DNA of 64,000 nt from Pelomyxa schiedti (taxonomy: Eukaryota; Protista; Evosea), in assembly GCA_020536535.1 (NCBI GenBank), contig JAHLWZ010000016.1, positions 62,001 through 126,000 of the forward strand, written 5' to 3'. The position numbers and the translations under genes are program-made. The notes beneath the pieces are model-generated. The model worked only from the letters and a program-made list of their open reading frames with translations. It was not told the DNA's origin and ran no database searches. Positions 13,208-25,900 of this stretch are shown piece by piece; positions within the stretch are counted from its first letter, which is position 1; each line of letters opens with the position of its first letter.

Positions 13208-14729
13208 ACAACACCCGCCACCCCCCACAACAAAACAAATAGACAGAAACAACAGACCCCGCCGGCTCCCTACCAGTACAAAGTGGTGGGCCCCACGTGC
13301 GCGGCCGCTCAAAATTCACTCCAGATGCCATATCTCGTCACGTGCGCGACACCTGTTCGTGACTGGGACCAGCTCGTCATCGCCAGTGAATAACCAGAAT
13401 TGGGACGGCTCTCGCAGCACTGGTGGTTGCTATATCTCGCTGTTGCCTCACAGTGTATTGGTTGATTACATTGGGAAGATGTGGGTGATGCGGCCTGAGA
13501 GGAACGTTCTGGTCGAATTCAACTGCAATCCAACCGACACAGGTCCGCGCGAATACACTCGATGCGAATACAGGTTCTTCAGTGTGAGCCCAACCCTGGG
13601 GATTGTGCACGAGCCCGTGCAAGTTGTGCCGATAGATAGTTGCATTGGGTGGCTTGGTGGAAACAGGTTCCTGGAGATAGATGGTGACGAGAATGAAGTT
13701 ACCGTGACTGAGGTGACAAAAATAGAAACCCAGAAGCCGTACAACGTCTCGCACATAAAATACGTGGATTCTTGCATCTCCATATTAAGTGCAAGGGGAA
13801 CACAGGCATGCTGCAACAAGAAGTGGGTTGTTGTTGCTGGAACAGAATTCCACACCAAAGAGACTGGGTTGTTTGTTTACAAAGTTGAAAACGCACAAGT
13901 GGGACCTTGCTGCAGAGTGACCAAGTATCCGTGGATTGATTCTGTGATGTCACTCAGGTTTTTTGGTTCTTCTGAATATGACTTTGAGTCTGATGTTGTC
14001 GAGGCAATTGTACGGGATGGCGACAACAGTAAATTGTGGAAAATTTTTCACATCAGCATTGAAAGTGAAAGTGACAGTATATCCACCACCCTCAGAGTTA
14101 TCAGTGAGTGCAAACTTCCAAGAAAAATCCCAGAGCGCCTCATTTACCGGTCTGACTCCATGTATTACTTGCTGTTGCCTGAGAGTTGCCCCTTGGCCAT
14201 AAAGGTGCTGATTTTGAACACGGGTGCCGTCATCACATTGCTTGAATGGTGGCCAACAAGGTTTGATTTTGACTTGAGGACTGTTGATGGGTCACACCTC
14301 TGTGTGCTAAACAGTGATTGCTCTGTTGCATCAGTTTATTCTCTCCCGGAATTGCTTTCCTCTGCCTCTTCTTCAACCCCATCCTCACCAACTGCCATTG
14401 AATCATCCTGCTTTCCAAATGCCCCAGCATCCAAAGTTCACCAGTTTGTTCCCGGATCAGCGGTTGCCAGTGGTTGCGGACTTATCATTGCAAGTTCACT
14501 CTCCATGCACACCAGGAGGCACACAATACGGCCGGTATCGATGCGCGACCCAGAGTTCAAAATGGAGCACAAATTCATTGACGCCACAACAGGTGTGCTT
14601 ATTTTCACAATGAGTCAAGGCAGTGCTGAGGATGCTCTCCTCCCAACCGCCATCAAGGCCGTCCCTTTCACCTCTCCTTTCTGTGCGTCTCAGGTTCGGG
14701 TACCTGACCGAGATAGATCGGTTGAGTAG
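13041..14729 (+). CDS. Intronless lineage-specific protein with polyQ tract; possible degenerate F-box-like motif and beta-rich C-terminus
   Basis: Uninterrupted ORF (ATG 13041, MLPKKHP...); LLPHSVLVDYIGKMW loosely resembles an F-box core; tandem paralog immediately upstream. Confidence 0.7.
13152..13211 (+). repeat. (CAGCAA)n polyglutamine microsatellite
   Basis: About 20 alternating CAG/CAA codons within the ORF. Confidence 0.95.
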
Positions 14730-15065
14730 TGCTTCACTCTGAAAGCCTGTGAGAATTACAGAGCCAAAAAGGTCCTGCATCTGAAATCTGGTATCTTGAA
14801 CATTTGCAATTAAGATCGCCCTGTAAGTATTTGTGCAAAAAGATGTCACGTGGCCACTTATTTTTTTTTCTCGTTCGATTGGCTCCCCAAAAAAATCCCC
14901 TACTGAGAACGTTCTAAGTCAATTTGGTATTTTTGGAATAAAAGGAGAAAAAATTAAAAAACTGCCATCACTTTATTTTGTTATAACAACGACCAGAATC
15001 CAATCGGCGGCAACAGCTCCGTAAAAGCGATCCGCAAACAACCGAAAGATCGATCCCCAAGGCAA

Positions 15066-17246
15066 ATGGCCCAGATCTACGAACCGTGTTTGTTTAACGA
15101 GGAGGTTTTTGCGCCGGAGCCGTGCGACGACTGGAGTTCCACACTGCCATTAGCACCAAACGTCTTTGATCTCGAGATCCCGCCTCCTTCGCCCATTCTC
15201 CCTCCTCAAATTCCGACCCAGCCCATCGTGAACAGATGCTCCTCGCCCTTTTCGCTTTCGTTGTACCAGCAGCACTCACTCGAGTTCGTGCGCGCACCAC
15301 TCATGCAAACTCAAAATTACCACGCTCCCGCTCCTTTCTACAACCCACCGTCGCCAACGACGCCACCGCCGGCGCTTCCTTTGCCGTTGTCGTCATTGCC
15401 TTTACCTTTGAACCCTCTGAGTCCCTCGGGACTGGCGCTCCCTCTGTGTGATCCTTCCAGCAACGCTCCTGTGGACCAATTCTATTTCGAGCCTCCTTCG
15501 CAGAGTAGCACCTATTCCACTGGTTCATTGTCCCCAACCTCGTCGTCGTCTTCATGTGTCTCTTCTCCACTTCATGCGGCGTCAGGCAGCTCTTCTGATG
15601 ACTCTGTCACTCCTCCACCATCAAATCCTTCTGTGACGGTAACAGTCCCACAACCACCCCCTCCTACTCCAGTGGAATTGCCCCTCTTCCTTGAGTCGGC
15701 TGTGACGTGCACAGATTCTGCTGTTGCACTTCAACCGGCTGATCAAGAGGCTCCAAAGCAGGAAGGACGAAAGCGCAGAAGATGTAATGACATACAAATA
15801 ATTTCCTTCACGTGTCTTTTGTAGTAACAACTTTTTAGGTGCCAGTCACAAGAAGGGAGACCGTAGCGTTGTGAGCACCCCTACAACGATAACTCCCCCT
15901 CCTCCATCTGCACCCCCAACTCCTGTGAGTACGCCTATAGCCCCTCCAGTTGGTGGTGTTAAACTCCCACGGTCTACATTGTTGAAAATGTCTTCGTGTG
16001 ATATCCAGGAATATGCGCGCTCTGTCACATCTGCCAGGGTGCTAACGACAGATGAAGTTCGTGATCTGAAAAAGCAAAAACGGTACTGAGTTTCCTTCAA
16101 CCCTCAGTTCTAATGTGATGAAATTCAGTCTTGTGCGAAACAGAGAATCTGCCCAACTTTCCAGGCAGAGAAAACGGGAGCAGATTGAACACCTTGAAGA
16201 AATTGTGCGGAACCTTACGCATGATAATGACACCTTGAAAAAAGTTGCTTCTGACCTCCGAACACAAATGGCTACCATACAGTACATTTCCTTCTCCGCT
16301 ATTTCTTTTCTTATTCCCATCAAGAGCTGAAAATGCACACTTGAAGAAACAGATTCTTGACATGGAGTCTCGCAATACACCTCATGTGCATGCCCCTACA
16401 ACGACCCCCCACCCACCCCTGCCTATATCATCCAAGAGGATTAAAGTAACTGGTCTTGCATTCATGGTAGCTTTCTACTGGATCCTTTTTAATACCTAAC
16501 CATTCTTAGTTAGTTCTCTTTGTGTTTGGAATGGGGGTTTCAATGTACTGGCCACGTTTTGAAGTACCTCGCTTGGAACTTCCTGTAGAAAGTGGAACAT
16601 CCCTGCAACCGATAATGAATAGTTTTGCGCATTCGAACACGCCTCGGGTATCCAGGGTACTGATGGAAGCAGTAATGGAAGGAGTATGGCTCTTTAACTT
16701 TTTAAGGAAAACTGATCATGAATAGGATACAACACCTATTATTGAAGAACTGACAAATGACTTTGATGCTCAAATACTTCCCGTCATATCAGCCCCTCCT
16801 CTTCTTTCTGCGGAAACTGAGAAAACTGCTGATAACTTACTCGTTCTCAGCAACCCCGAACCACAAATTCCACCCATGGGAGATGCACAGGAGGACGCAG
16901 CACCCTTGAAACTCCCAGAAATATCTCCTTCCCCTTTGGTATGGCTTCTCACTGCCCACTCACCTTCTAACTCCTCACAAAACAGCCCTCTGATCCCAAC
17001 TGGGCACCCAAGAACATGACCTACCTAGTTGCCGAGAACATCCTGCGGCTTGACCCCGCGTGGTCCACACCCAACGTGCTGTTTGGCGACGACCCCTCAT
17101 TCGCGCTGCTGGTGCCGTACAGCAGCCTGAACAGAATGAACGACTCTACGTCCTTGGGCAGCAATGACCTTGTGGAAGTCATGTGCACAGTAGTCGGTGT
17201 CAGTGTACTACCGCAACACTGCCTGCCCAGCCAGGCCTCAGTCTGA
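15066..17246 (+). CDS. Membrane-tethered bZIP transcription factor, ATF6/CREB3/bZIP28-like
   Basis: Spliced basic region LKKQKRLVRNRESAQLSRQRKREQIEHLE, zipper to AENAHLKKQI, TM segment VTGLAFMLVLFVFGMGVSMYW, luminal RVSRVLME, C-terminal DLVEVMCTVVGVSVL. Confidence 0.82.
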
Positions 17247-17367
17247 TCATGAGACTGAAATTTGTTTGGTGTTGTGTCTATGTAAATTTGTGTTTTTTTT
17301 TTCCCCCATGTTGCAGAGACCACAGTAAAAGTAAAATTATTATTTGCCTTTCTAGTCTTTCTATTGT

Positions 17368-18180
17368 CTACAATTCGTCGTGTAGAACGCCTTGACGGCG
17401 GAGTTTGTCAATAGCGGACTCGGTGATAGTCCAGCCCAATGAAGTGTGTGTTGGGTACCTACTAGCAACCAACCTCTCAGCACTGTGTGCGAGTAGTGTG
17501 GGTAGAACGTGCACGCGAACGTGTAACTGCTGGCTCCATAGTGTCCTTGGAGAAGATTCAGAGGTACGTGGGTGGTCAGGTGTCTCGGCGTCGGTCTGGG
17601 AAAGGAGACTACTGGATTGTGGGAAAGAGGCTTGCTTTACGGCGTTGGAATTGGAGCCACATATGCACAGGCATTTCTCTCGCAAAGATACTGCCTTTGC
17701 GAAGGACAGATTCTCGTTTGTGATGGTCATGATACGGGATGTTTTGTCAATTACAGTTTTCTCTAGCTGGAAGTACGTAATGTTACTCCCACGACATGCA
17801 GGGGAGTTCCCGTCACTCTCCCCTTGCTGATCTCTGCTTTTGTCTTTTTTGGAAAACAGTGCTCTAGTTATGAACCTGTGCTTTGTCACTAAGAGCTGTG
17901 AGACCAAAAATGCATACGCAGGCAGTCTTGTATTCAAGGAACAAGTCAAGAGCCGACTGAAACTCAGCACATTTCCAGTAGGATCCAGTCCCCGCGACAA
18001 GAAATCAACGCGGACAATGTCCGGCCTCAAAGGACATGGGTACCGCAGTGACGCGTGCGCGACAACAACCGACTCCCATCTGTGCTCAAAAATATGACTC
18101 ACTCTGCTCGTGCCACCTCGTGTGTTCGATGACGCTGATGCCTCCTCCGCTTTTTTTGTTTTTTTGTGTGAGTGCCACAT
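17368..18180 (-). CDS. PRELI/MSF1 (Ups/SLMO) domain lipid-transfer protein, intronless
   Basis: HIFEHRWESVVVAH..RYPCP..PDIVRVDFLSRGLDPTG..SRLL, EKTVIDKTSRIMTITNENLSF..LREKC match the PRELI pattern. Confidence 0.8.
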   Translation of the reverse strand: MWHSHKKTKKAEEASASSNTRGGTSRVSHIFEHRWESVVVAHASLRYPCPLRPDIVRVDFLSRGLDPTGNVLSFSRLLTCSLNTRLPAYAFLVSQLLVTKHRFITRALFSKKDKSRDQQGESDGNSPACRGSNITYFQLEKTVIDKTSRIMTITNENLSFAKAVSLREKCLCICGSNSNAVKQASFPQSSSLLSQTDAETPDHPRTSESSPRTLWSQQLHVRVHVLPTLLAHSAERLVASRYPTHTSLGWTITESAIDKLRRQGVLHDEL

Positions 18181-19048
18181 CTTTTTGCCAGAGAAAAGGA
18201 AAAAAAAAAGCGAAGAGATTGGCAGCTCAATTTCGTCGAAGGCATTGCAGGGAACTACTGCCACGGCGTCCAGAACATTGCAAATATGAAATAACTTCTA
18301 CGGTAATAATAATAAAAACCTGACAAGACCGCAATGGAGGACAAAGATTGGAGATATGCACGTGCTGCCAGGTTGAGATCAGCCAACACAGTTATTCAGG
18401 ATACTAACATAACTTGAGATTTGCGTATGTCGGCACTTGTGCATCTGATGGCCCACACGTGCGTGCTATGTGCATTCTAAGTGCCAACGACAAGATACGG
18501 GATGGCAAAATCTGGTAAATCTACGTTACAATTCGAGTCTCACACTGAGAAGGTTCCTCACATACAAAGACTCAGGAAAAGTGAAACAGATATCTGGAAA
18601 TCCCAGTTATCGTGTAGTGTGTGTTGCCTTTTGCTGACTATGAATATGCACAATAGAGACCTGTCTCTACATGTGGGTCCACGAATGCCCATCCCAGAAT
18701 CTGCAGTACGCAAATGTAAATCACGTGTTCCACTCAAATAACGCGACTCAGCACAGCGCAGCTTCGCGTCGATGGCTTGGCAGAGATAGTGAACGACGCA
18801 TCAATAAAGCGCAAGTTGTGGAACGAGGGTCTCCGCAGATTCATCCCCGACGGTACCGACGGTGCGTCGCCACGCAATTTGTGTTTCACTTAATTGCTGC
18901 CAGACGACCAAGTAGTTTGCATTGCCGTTACTCCCGAGAAAGTCGAGTTCACGGACCCAGCCATTCTATCCCTTCGACCAAAACTGTAATCAAAGTTCTA
19001 TTACTGCAGTTGCAATTTATTTGTTCGCCTCGTTAATTACCCCCGACC

Positions 19049-20789
19049 ATGGCTCAAGGACACACGGCAGAGACAGTCGAAGCACTGACCAAACAGGTAC
19101 ACTTTATCACTCCGCCACACCACTGTGCCAGTACGAAACGAATTGTTGTTGGTTTCCAACGCCCACGTGTTTCGCTTGGGGAAATAGATCAACAAAGCAG
19201 CAGAGGCTCTCACCAAGTACCACGTGAGGACCTCCAAAAGCTTGGTTACCGACGACGACTTCGTTTGGTTATCGATAGTAAACTGGGTCTCGACTGCACG
19301 TCCCAAGACCTGGCGCCCCAGGCCAATGTAAGTTCGAGTAACGTGGCCACATCCCATAATCGCCAACAACACCCCGACAACCTCCCACCTCCCCGACCAC
19401 TAAGTTCAACCCACAATCGAGTGCTGTGCACCTTTGTACTATGTCTTTATGTCATTGCATCCTCTAACGGCCTACTCGCAGTCGCCTACCAAATCCATTG
19501 TACAGCGAGAATGATACTTGCTTTATTGTGAAGAGTGATCAGAGCTATGTCAAAGTTTTTGATGAAATTGGATTCCACTTTGGACAAGTGTGTGAATGGT
19601 TCTATGCACTTGCATTTCTATATATCGTTTTCTTTTTTTTTTCCCCCTCAATCCTACTCCCAAAACATATTCATTTTGAGAACAAAAAAGGTTCTTCCAA
19701 TATCACAGCTGCGAAGGGAATACCAGGAGCCAGATGCTAAACGCAAACTCTTCCATAGTTATGACTTGTTCCTGGCTGATCAACGGATAAGTCATCTGCT
19801 CCCTCGTGCCCTTGGCAAACAGTTTCTTGTGCAAAAAAAGTACCGTTTTTCTTCTCCATAAGTTGCCGCTCTGCATGGATATGCACAAGTGCTAATTTGA
19901 AAAAAAAAGGGATCCGCTACTTGTTCACTTCTCCACAAATCAACAAGTTCTGAGTAAGACAATTAAAAACAAGCTCAAGTCTACTTTGGTTTTCTCCTCT
20001 ACCGGAACTGTATCGTATGTTGACTCACTTTTTCTTCTCACGGAATTAAACGTTTTTCTTTCCCACAGTGCCTTTAAGATTGCCCGGGTGTCCTTTACAG
20101 CAGAGCAAATTACTGCAAATATTATTGCGGCACTAAAAAACATCCATTTGTTTGTGCGTGGAGGCTGGAAAAACATCAGGCAGCTGGGTGTGAAAACTGA
20201 TGTTGCTCCCACTTTACCATTCTATGCGTGGGTTCCCACTTCCCCAGCGGATATTGATTGGCCGCATCCAAAAAAGAAAGCTCCTGTTGGCAAGGAGTCA
20301 ATTTCGGCATCACACACACGAGAGGTACAACTCCCGAAATGGCCGTCTTCCACAAAAGAGCCATCCCGAAAGAGAACTTCCCCAAAACCTTCTGGGCTGC
20401 AGTCATCTCCGGCTCAACCAGACAAGAAAAAGACAGCCTCCAAAAACTCCCCAGGAAGGAAATTAGTCTTCAAAGCACCTGAAAACAATACAACACAAGT
20501 CCCAAAGGAAACCACAAAGGAACCTGCAAAGGAAACCATGAAGGAAGAACCAAAGGAAACTCCACAGGAAAAACCGAATGAAGTCACACAGGAAACACTC
20601 CCAGAAAAAGTGACTTCGGCACCAGCAGTTTCAAGTTCTAACACACAAACACCAATAGAAACACCAACCATCACAAAACCACAAGAGGTTGACAGTGATG
20701 GGGAAGTTGAAATAGTGGGTGCAGAGTCAAGTGGTGACTCTGAAGTTGAATTGGTTGATAAGGAGCCAGACAGCGATGAGGAACTTTAA
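19049..20789 (+). CDS. RSL1D1: Ribosomal L1 domain-containing protein (RSL1D1/UTP30/CIC1-like)
   Basis: Spliced RPRPIRLPNPLY, CFIVK, QLRREYQEPDAKRKLFHSYDLFLADQRI..LLPRALGKQF, FTAEQITANI, GWKNIRQLGVKT..LPFY; Lys/Glu-rich tail. Confidence 0.85.
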
Positions 20790-20853
20790 GATAGTTTCAT
20801 CCTACGATTTTTTTCTTTTCTGTTTCATTCTTCTTCACTGTATTGTTTTGGTG

Positions 20854-22742
20854 TTAGTGGTGGGAGGTGACTGCGGTCAGAAGTCCTCCAGATATTCGTA
20901 GAGCATTGACTTTCTATCATCACAATATTTTTAGAATAACAGAAAAATGAGATGGGGCCAACCTCCTGGCGCACAACTTCATCCAACGCATTTGCAAAAT
21001 AACCAATGCTGATGGCGGATAATCCGGCCAGATTGGTTCGGCCATCGAAGCACATGTAAATATGCCATTTGTTCTTGAGTGTCTCTACTTGTTCTCCTGT
21101 AGATTTTGGTGTAAGATGGAAGGAATTTGAAAAAGAGGAAATTCATTCAACCTGATAGGGGCAAAAGTGAGAACAGGCCACGCTGCCTGAGCAAAATAGA
21201 CCAATCACCAGGTGTACCCTTTGCCACAAGCATTTCTTGAAGAAGCTTTTAGAAGAAAATAGCTTACAAAAGGTGCTACCATATAATTGCCTACGGACAG
21301 CATCAATTCTGTCAACCATCCCTTTCACCTCTAATAACCTTTGAACTGTTAGATAGCGAGTAGAAACATCAGGCTAACCATTCAGCCCTATATTGAGGAT
21401 TCGTGAGCACTCTTGCGGCTATCCTTGCACCATGTGCGGGAGGGTTAGAATATGCCGCTCGAGCAATTTGTTTTGCATGTGACAATAAATGTGAGGCAAT
21501 TTGGGCATCGGCACAAACGACGTACAACGCACCCACTCTCTCAGCTAATTACGATTGAGAAGAGGAAGTGAAGTGCCCCGCAACACAAGCACATACCATA
21601 CAGAGACATATTTTTGGAATATGAATGTGCCGCCATAAACTGCATACCACGTGACAGGAAATATCTTGGTGGGTAGGCGTCTAAATCAACATCTCCAGAG
21701 GCAAAACCCTAAGTCAACTTGGAAAACTACTGAATTTGAAAATCGCTTTACCTGATAGGCACAATCAAAGAATGTGTAGTGGCGGCAATTCTGTAAAAAA
21801 GGTAACAAGTAAATAACTTATAACCCGCAGAGCAACCTACTTCAATTACTTCAGCCAATTGACGCCATTGCTCTTGGGATGGGTCAATCCCACTGGGATT
21901 GTGAGCACACATGTGCAGAAGTATTACAGAGCCAGGAGGAGCGAGCTAAGGGATAACGGTTTTAACTATATACAGAAATGAGAAATATATAACCTACCCT
22001 AAGGTCCTCACACATTCCTTCAAAGTCGAGAACGCCACTGGGCTTCAGATAACGATAGTATGCAACAGTGCACCCTGAATTGGGAAACATGGATTTGTGG
22101 TTTCTGTAAGAGGGTGTTGGCAGGTATATCGTCCGTGGCATAAGCTTGGCTAGAAGAGAAGCTCCAAGTCTGAGGGCTCCAGTACCAGACAAAGTTTGCA
22201 TAGCCACAATCTTGAGATACCAAAGTGAGACCGAGGAACTGAAATCAAGTGTCTTACTCGATTCTTAGCAGAATCATATCCCTCCCCAAGAAGGAGTTGT
22301 GCTGATGCAGTTTGGAATTGCTTCAAACCGTCTACTGGCAAGTAGTCTTTGTCGATGTGTCCTGTCAGCTCACCTTGAGCGAGTTCCTTTTCTACCTACA
22401 ATGATTTGGTTTTTGAGAATAAGTATCGATTTGTAAGTCATCGAAATTAACCTTCCTCACTACATCAAGCACAAATGGTTTTCCATCAGCACCCCTGTAT
22501 GTTCCAACTCCCAAATTAAGTTTAAATACTGAACCAGGGCCAGTGGGTGCATCAGGCAGAAGGTCTGCATTGTATGCAATTTGTACTCCCAGAATTGGGT
22601 CAAGTGGTACACCCTTTGTATAGTTCCAATAAACCAAAATAGAAAAAAAATGAATGCATACAGTAACACCCCAAAAAAATTTGTGCTCGGTCGTTGGCAC
22701 CACAGACGCAGGCAAATTAACCGCCGAGCTCGTCGATGCCAT
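20854..22742 (-). CDS. Aspartate aminotransferase (class I PLP-dependent)
   Basis: [67 protein letters not shown] lysine motif [18 protein letters not shown]; exact C-terminus depends on last intron. Confidence 0.93.
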
Positions 22743-22939
22743 CTTGTTTGGTTTTTTAAAAGTTGCTTTTAAAAGGGCATTCCCTACACCCGAGAGACTC
22801 TGAAGGACCATGTACAAGAGCATATTGGAGCAGAAGAGCTGCGCATGGCATGAGTGTCCGCTTTCTGTCGTCTCTGGAAGAGCATCAGTTACCAAATAAT
22901 CCTTGGAGATAACAGATCTGTGAAAGCGGGCACAAAAAA

Positions 22940-25900
22940 ATGCGGCAAGGATCGCTGCTGAAGTTCTTGTCGGTAAAGCAAAAACCCCTTATGTCATACC
23001 TTCCAACTCATTTGCATTTTTCCCTTTTGCTTCGCAGCCTGTCAAGTCCACGCCAACAACCCCCAGCCCATCATCACGAACCAGTCAAGATGCCAAATCT
23101 TCCCCACCAGCACCCTCGAGCACGCCGCTGTCTACCTCCCAAATCTTGGCATCAACCCCGGTTCCCAAGAAACCCTTGCCTCAGTCCTCTACAACTACCA
23201 CAACTACTCCCAATTCAAGTACTTTTCCCCAATCTTTCAATCTTCCTTTCTCCTCGCTCTCCCACGCTCGCACTTGGGAATTCGAGTGACATTTCTTTCT
23301 TAGGGCAAACTGTTCTGAATCAAACAAACTCCAAGAGTTCAGCCCCCGCGCAGTTGCCTTCTTTTGGCTCACCTTCTAGCTCCCGGCGCACTTCTTCCAT
23401 GGTGACGCGATCACAAGCAACTGCATCTCGTACCGAATCCAGCTCTACTGGCACAAAACGTGGGCGGTCTGAGGTGGGTGAGTCTGCGTATGATGTTCCA
23501 GAGAAAATTCAGAACCCTGGAACTAGTGACGCAACTGCAACTGCAACTGAGCAACCTGATTACAGCTTCTTGGCTGAGGACATCCCTCTAGAAGCGTTAG
23601 AAGGTTACCCACTAAACTAGACTGTAAGTGAAATTTACTGTAAATATAGAGCTTGATAGACAAACTCAACAGGAACAGCAGGCAGAATCTGCCAAAAAAC
23701 CTTCCTCCAATCAACCACCTAGACCCACAACAACATTGGCAAGCAAATCTACACCCTCAAGCCAAACAAGCTCAGCTGCTGCTGCCAAGGCAAAGGCCTT
23801 CATAGATGGGCATGTCTAGCTCTTCCTCATTTTCTTCTAATCTTGTTACAGTTCCTTCAACCTTGCAAATCGCAAGCAACTTCACAAAGAAGCAACAGGT
23901 GAGCAACGATATGAATTCATGGTTGATCTCAGGGATGCAAATATGAGGACTCCAGATGACCCAAACTATGACAAACACACTCTCCATATTCCTGCAAAAT
24001 GCTTAGCTGCCATGACGGCCTTCGAGAGGCAATACTGGCTGAGTATGCTCTAACTCTTGACAACCTGCGAATAACACCTGCAGTAAAACAAAAGCACTTC
24101 GATACCATAATTTTCTTCCGAAAAGGAAAATTTTATGAGCTCTATGAGAATGATGCTGATCTTGGTGAAAGAGTCCTTGGGCTCAAAGTCACTGCCCGGA
24201 TCAACATGCGCATGGTATGAACAACTTTTCCAGTTAAAAAAGGTGCAATTAAAACAAGCAAAAAGGTAGGTGTACCAGAGGCGCACCTCAAGTCATGGAT
24301 GTCCAAACTCATTCGACAGGGCTACTGGGTTGGACAAGTGGATGAGATAACAGAATCTCCGACTTCAACAAAAAAACAAAAAGTGGGAACAGGTGTCTCC
24401 TCTACCATTATGAAAAGGGAACTCACTCGTGTCTATAGTCCAGGTTTGACCAACCTTCCCCTCCCTTTCCATTTTTCCCCCTTATCATCCCAAGGAACAC
24501 TTGTGGAAGACGAGTTACTGACAAGTGCCGATGCCCAGTACCTGCTAGTATTTGCTGAAGATAAAGACAAGTCCCGTTACGGTATTTTCTTGGCTGATGC
24601 CTCTACTGGTATCCCTGCTCATTCCCGTTTTTTTTGAGTGAATATTTCTTGAGGTGATGTGCGAATTGGAGAATTTTCTGATGACAAACAGCGTTCTAAT
24701 TTTGAAACCCTCCTCAGTCAAAATCACCCTGGTGAAGTCTTGTATGAAAAATCAGGCTCCATGTCTCCATCTGCTGAATCTATGCGGATAGTCTTAACCC
24801 ACGCACGCAAGAACACAGTATGGGGCCTTGTCTCTGGCTCTGAATTCTGGGGAAAAGATGCTACCCTAATGCAGATCAAATCTCAGAACTATTTTGGGAG
24901 TACTGATGAAACAAACTGGCCACCTGCTGTACGTGAATTACTCGGAAGTGAACTGGCAATGAGTGCTATGGGAGCAGCTATTTATCACCTTCAAAGCATG
25001 CACGTAGATCAAGCAGTGATGAACCAGAAGCGAATACGCCTCTACTCCCCTATGCACACAGAACTTATGGCAATTGATGCACAAACTCTACGAAATCTGG
25101 AAATACTCTCTAATGCTGTGGATGGAGGAACAGCAGGCAATCTTTTAACTTTCTTTTCCAAAACTCATAAGAAAACAACCGAAATTACAGGCACCCTACT
25201 GAAAATCGTTGACCACACAGTGACACCATTTGGGAAGCGTATGATTAGGCAATGGCTTTGTAATCCACCAAAAAGCATCAGCCAAATTGAAGCAAGACAT
25301 GATTCGGTTTCTGATCTTATGGCCAATGGACTAGCTCTTGCTGAAACTTTGTCAAGCAAACTGCATTCACTCCCTGACCTGGAGCGAATGTGTGCCCGTG
25401 CACACAGTGGTGCTTTACCACTTCCACAATTCATTCGCTTACTTTCTGCATTCGACTTCTGGTGTGATACTTTGAGTGCTTGGAGAGATCAATTTCGCGC
25501 TGTATCTTCAGCATTATTGCGAGCATTGGCCACCTTTAAAAGTGACGGTGGCGTTTTCCCAGATCTACAGGCTGCTTTAGAAGAACTACATTCTATGTAT
25601 GAACCAGATGAATGTGCAGTCACCCAGAAAACCTCAAAAAAAAAGCCAGTCGTAGTCAAAACACAAGAGGAAGATGAAGGTATTAATCCACCGTTTCAAT
25701 AGTTGCTAATTTACGGCAAGATGATCTCCCAATCCCCCCTCCACAAAGCCTGGGTGTGAAACCCAAAGCTGGTAGCAATGAGAAGTACGACACTGCAGCA
25801 GAATTGTACACTGATGCGGGAAACCGGATGCAAAAAATTCTCCAAGAAGCACAGGCTTTGTTCCATTGTGACAAAGTTTGCTTCCGGTCAATACGTGGCG

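Noticed and set aside
14844-14884. CACGTGG plus ATTGG upstream of the ATF6-like gene as an ERSE element
   Set aside because: Spacing is about 24 nt, not the CCAAT-N9-CCACG of ERSE; short motifs occur by chance.
18300-19040. Short ORFs and possible structured RNA in the PRELI-RSL1D1 spacer
   Set aside because: No recognisable protein motif or tRNA/snRNA signature by eye; an Infernal/Rfam scan would be needed.
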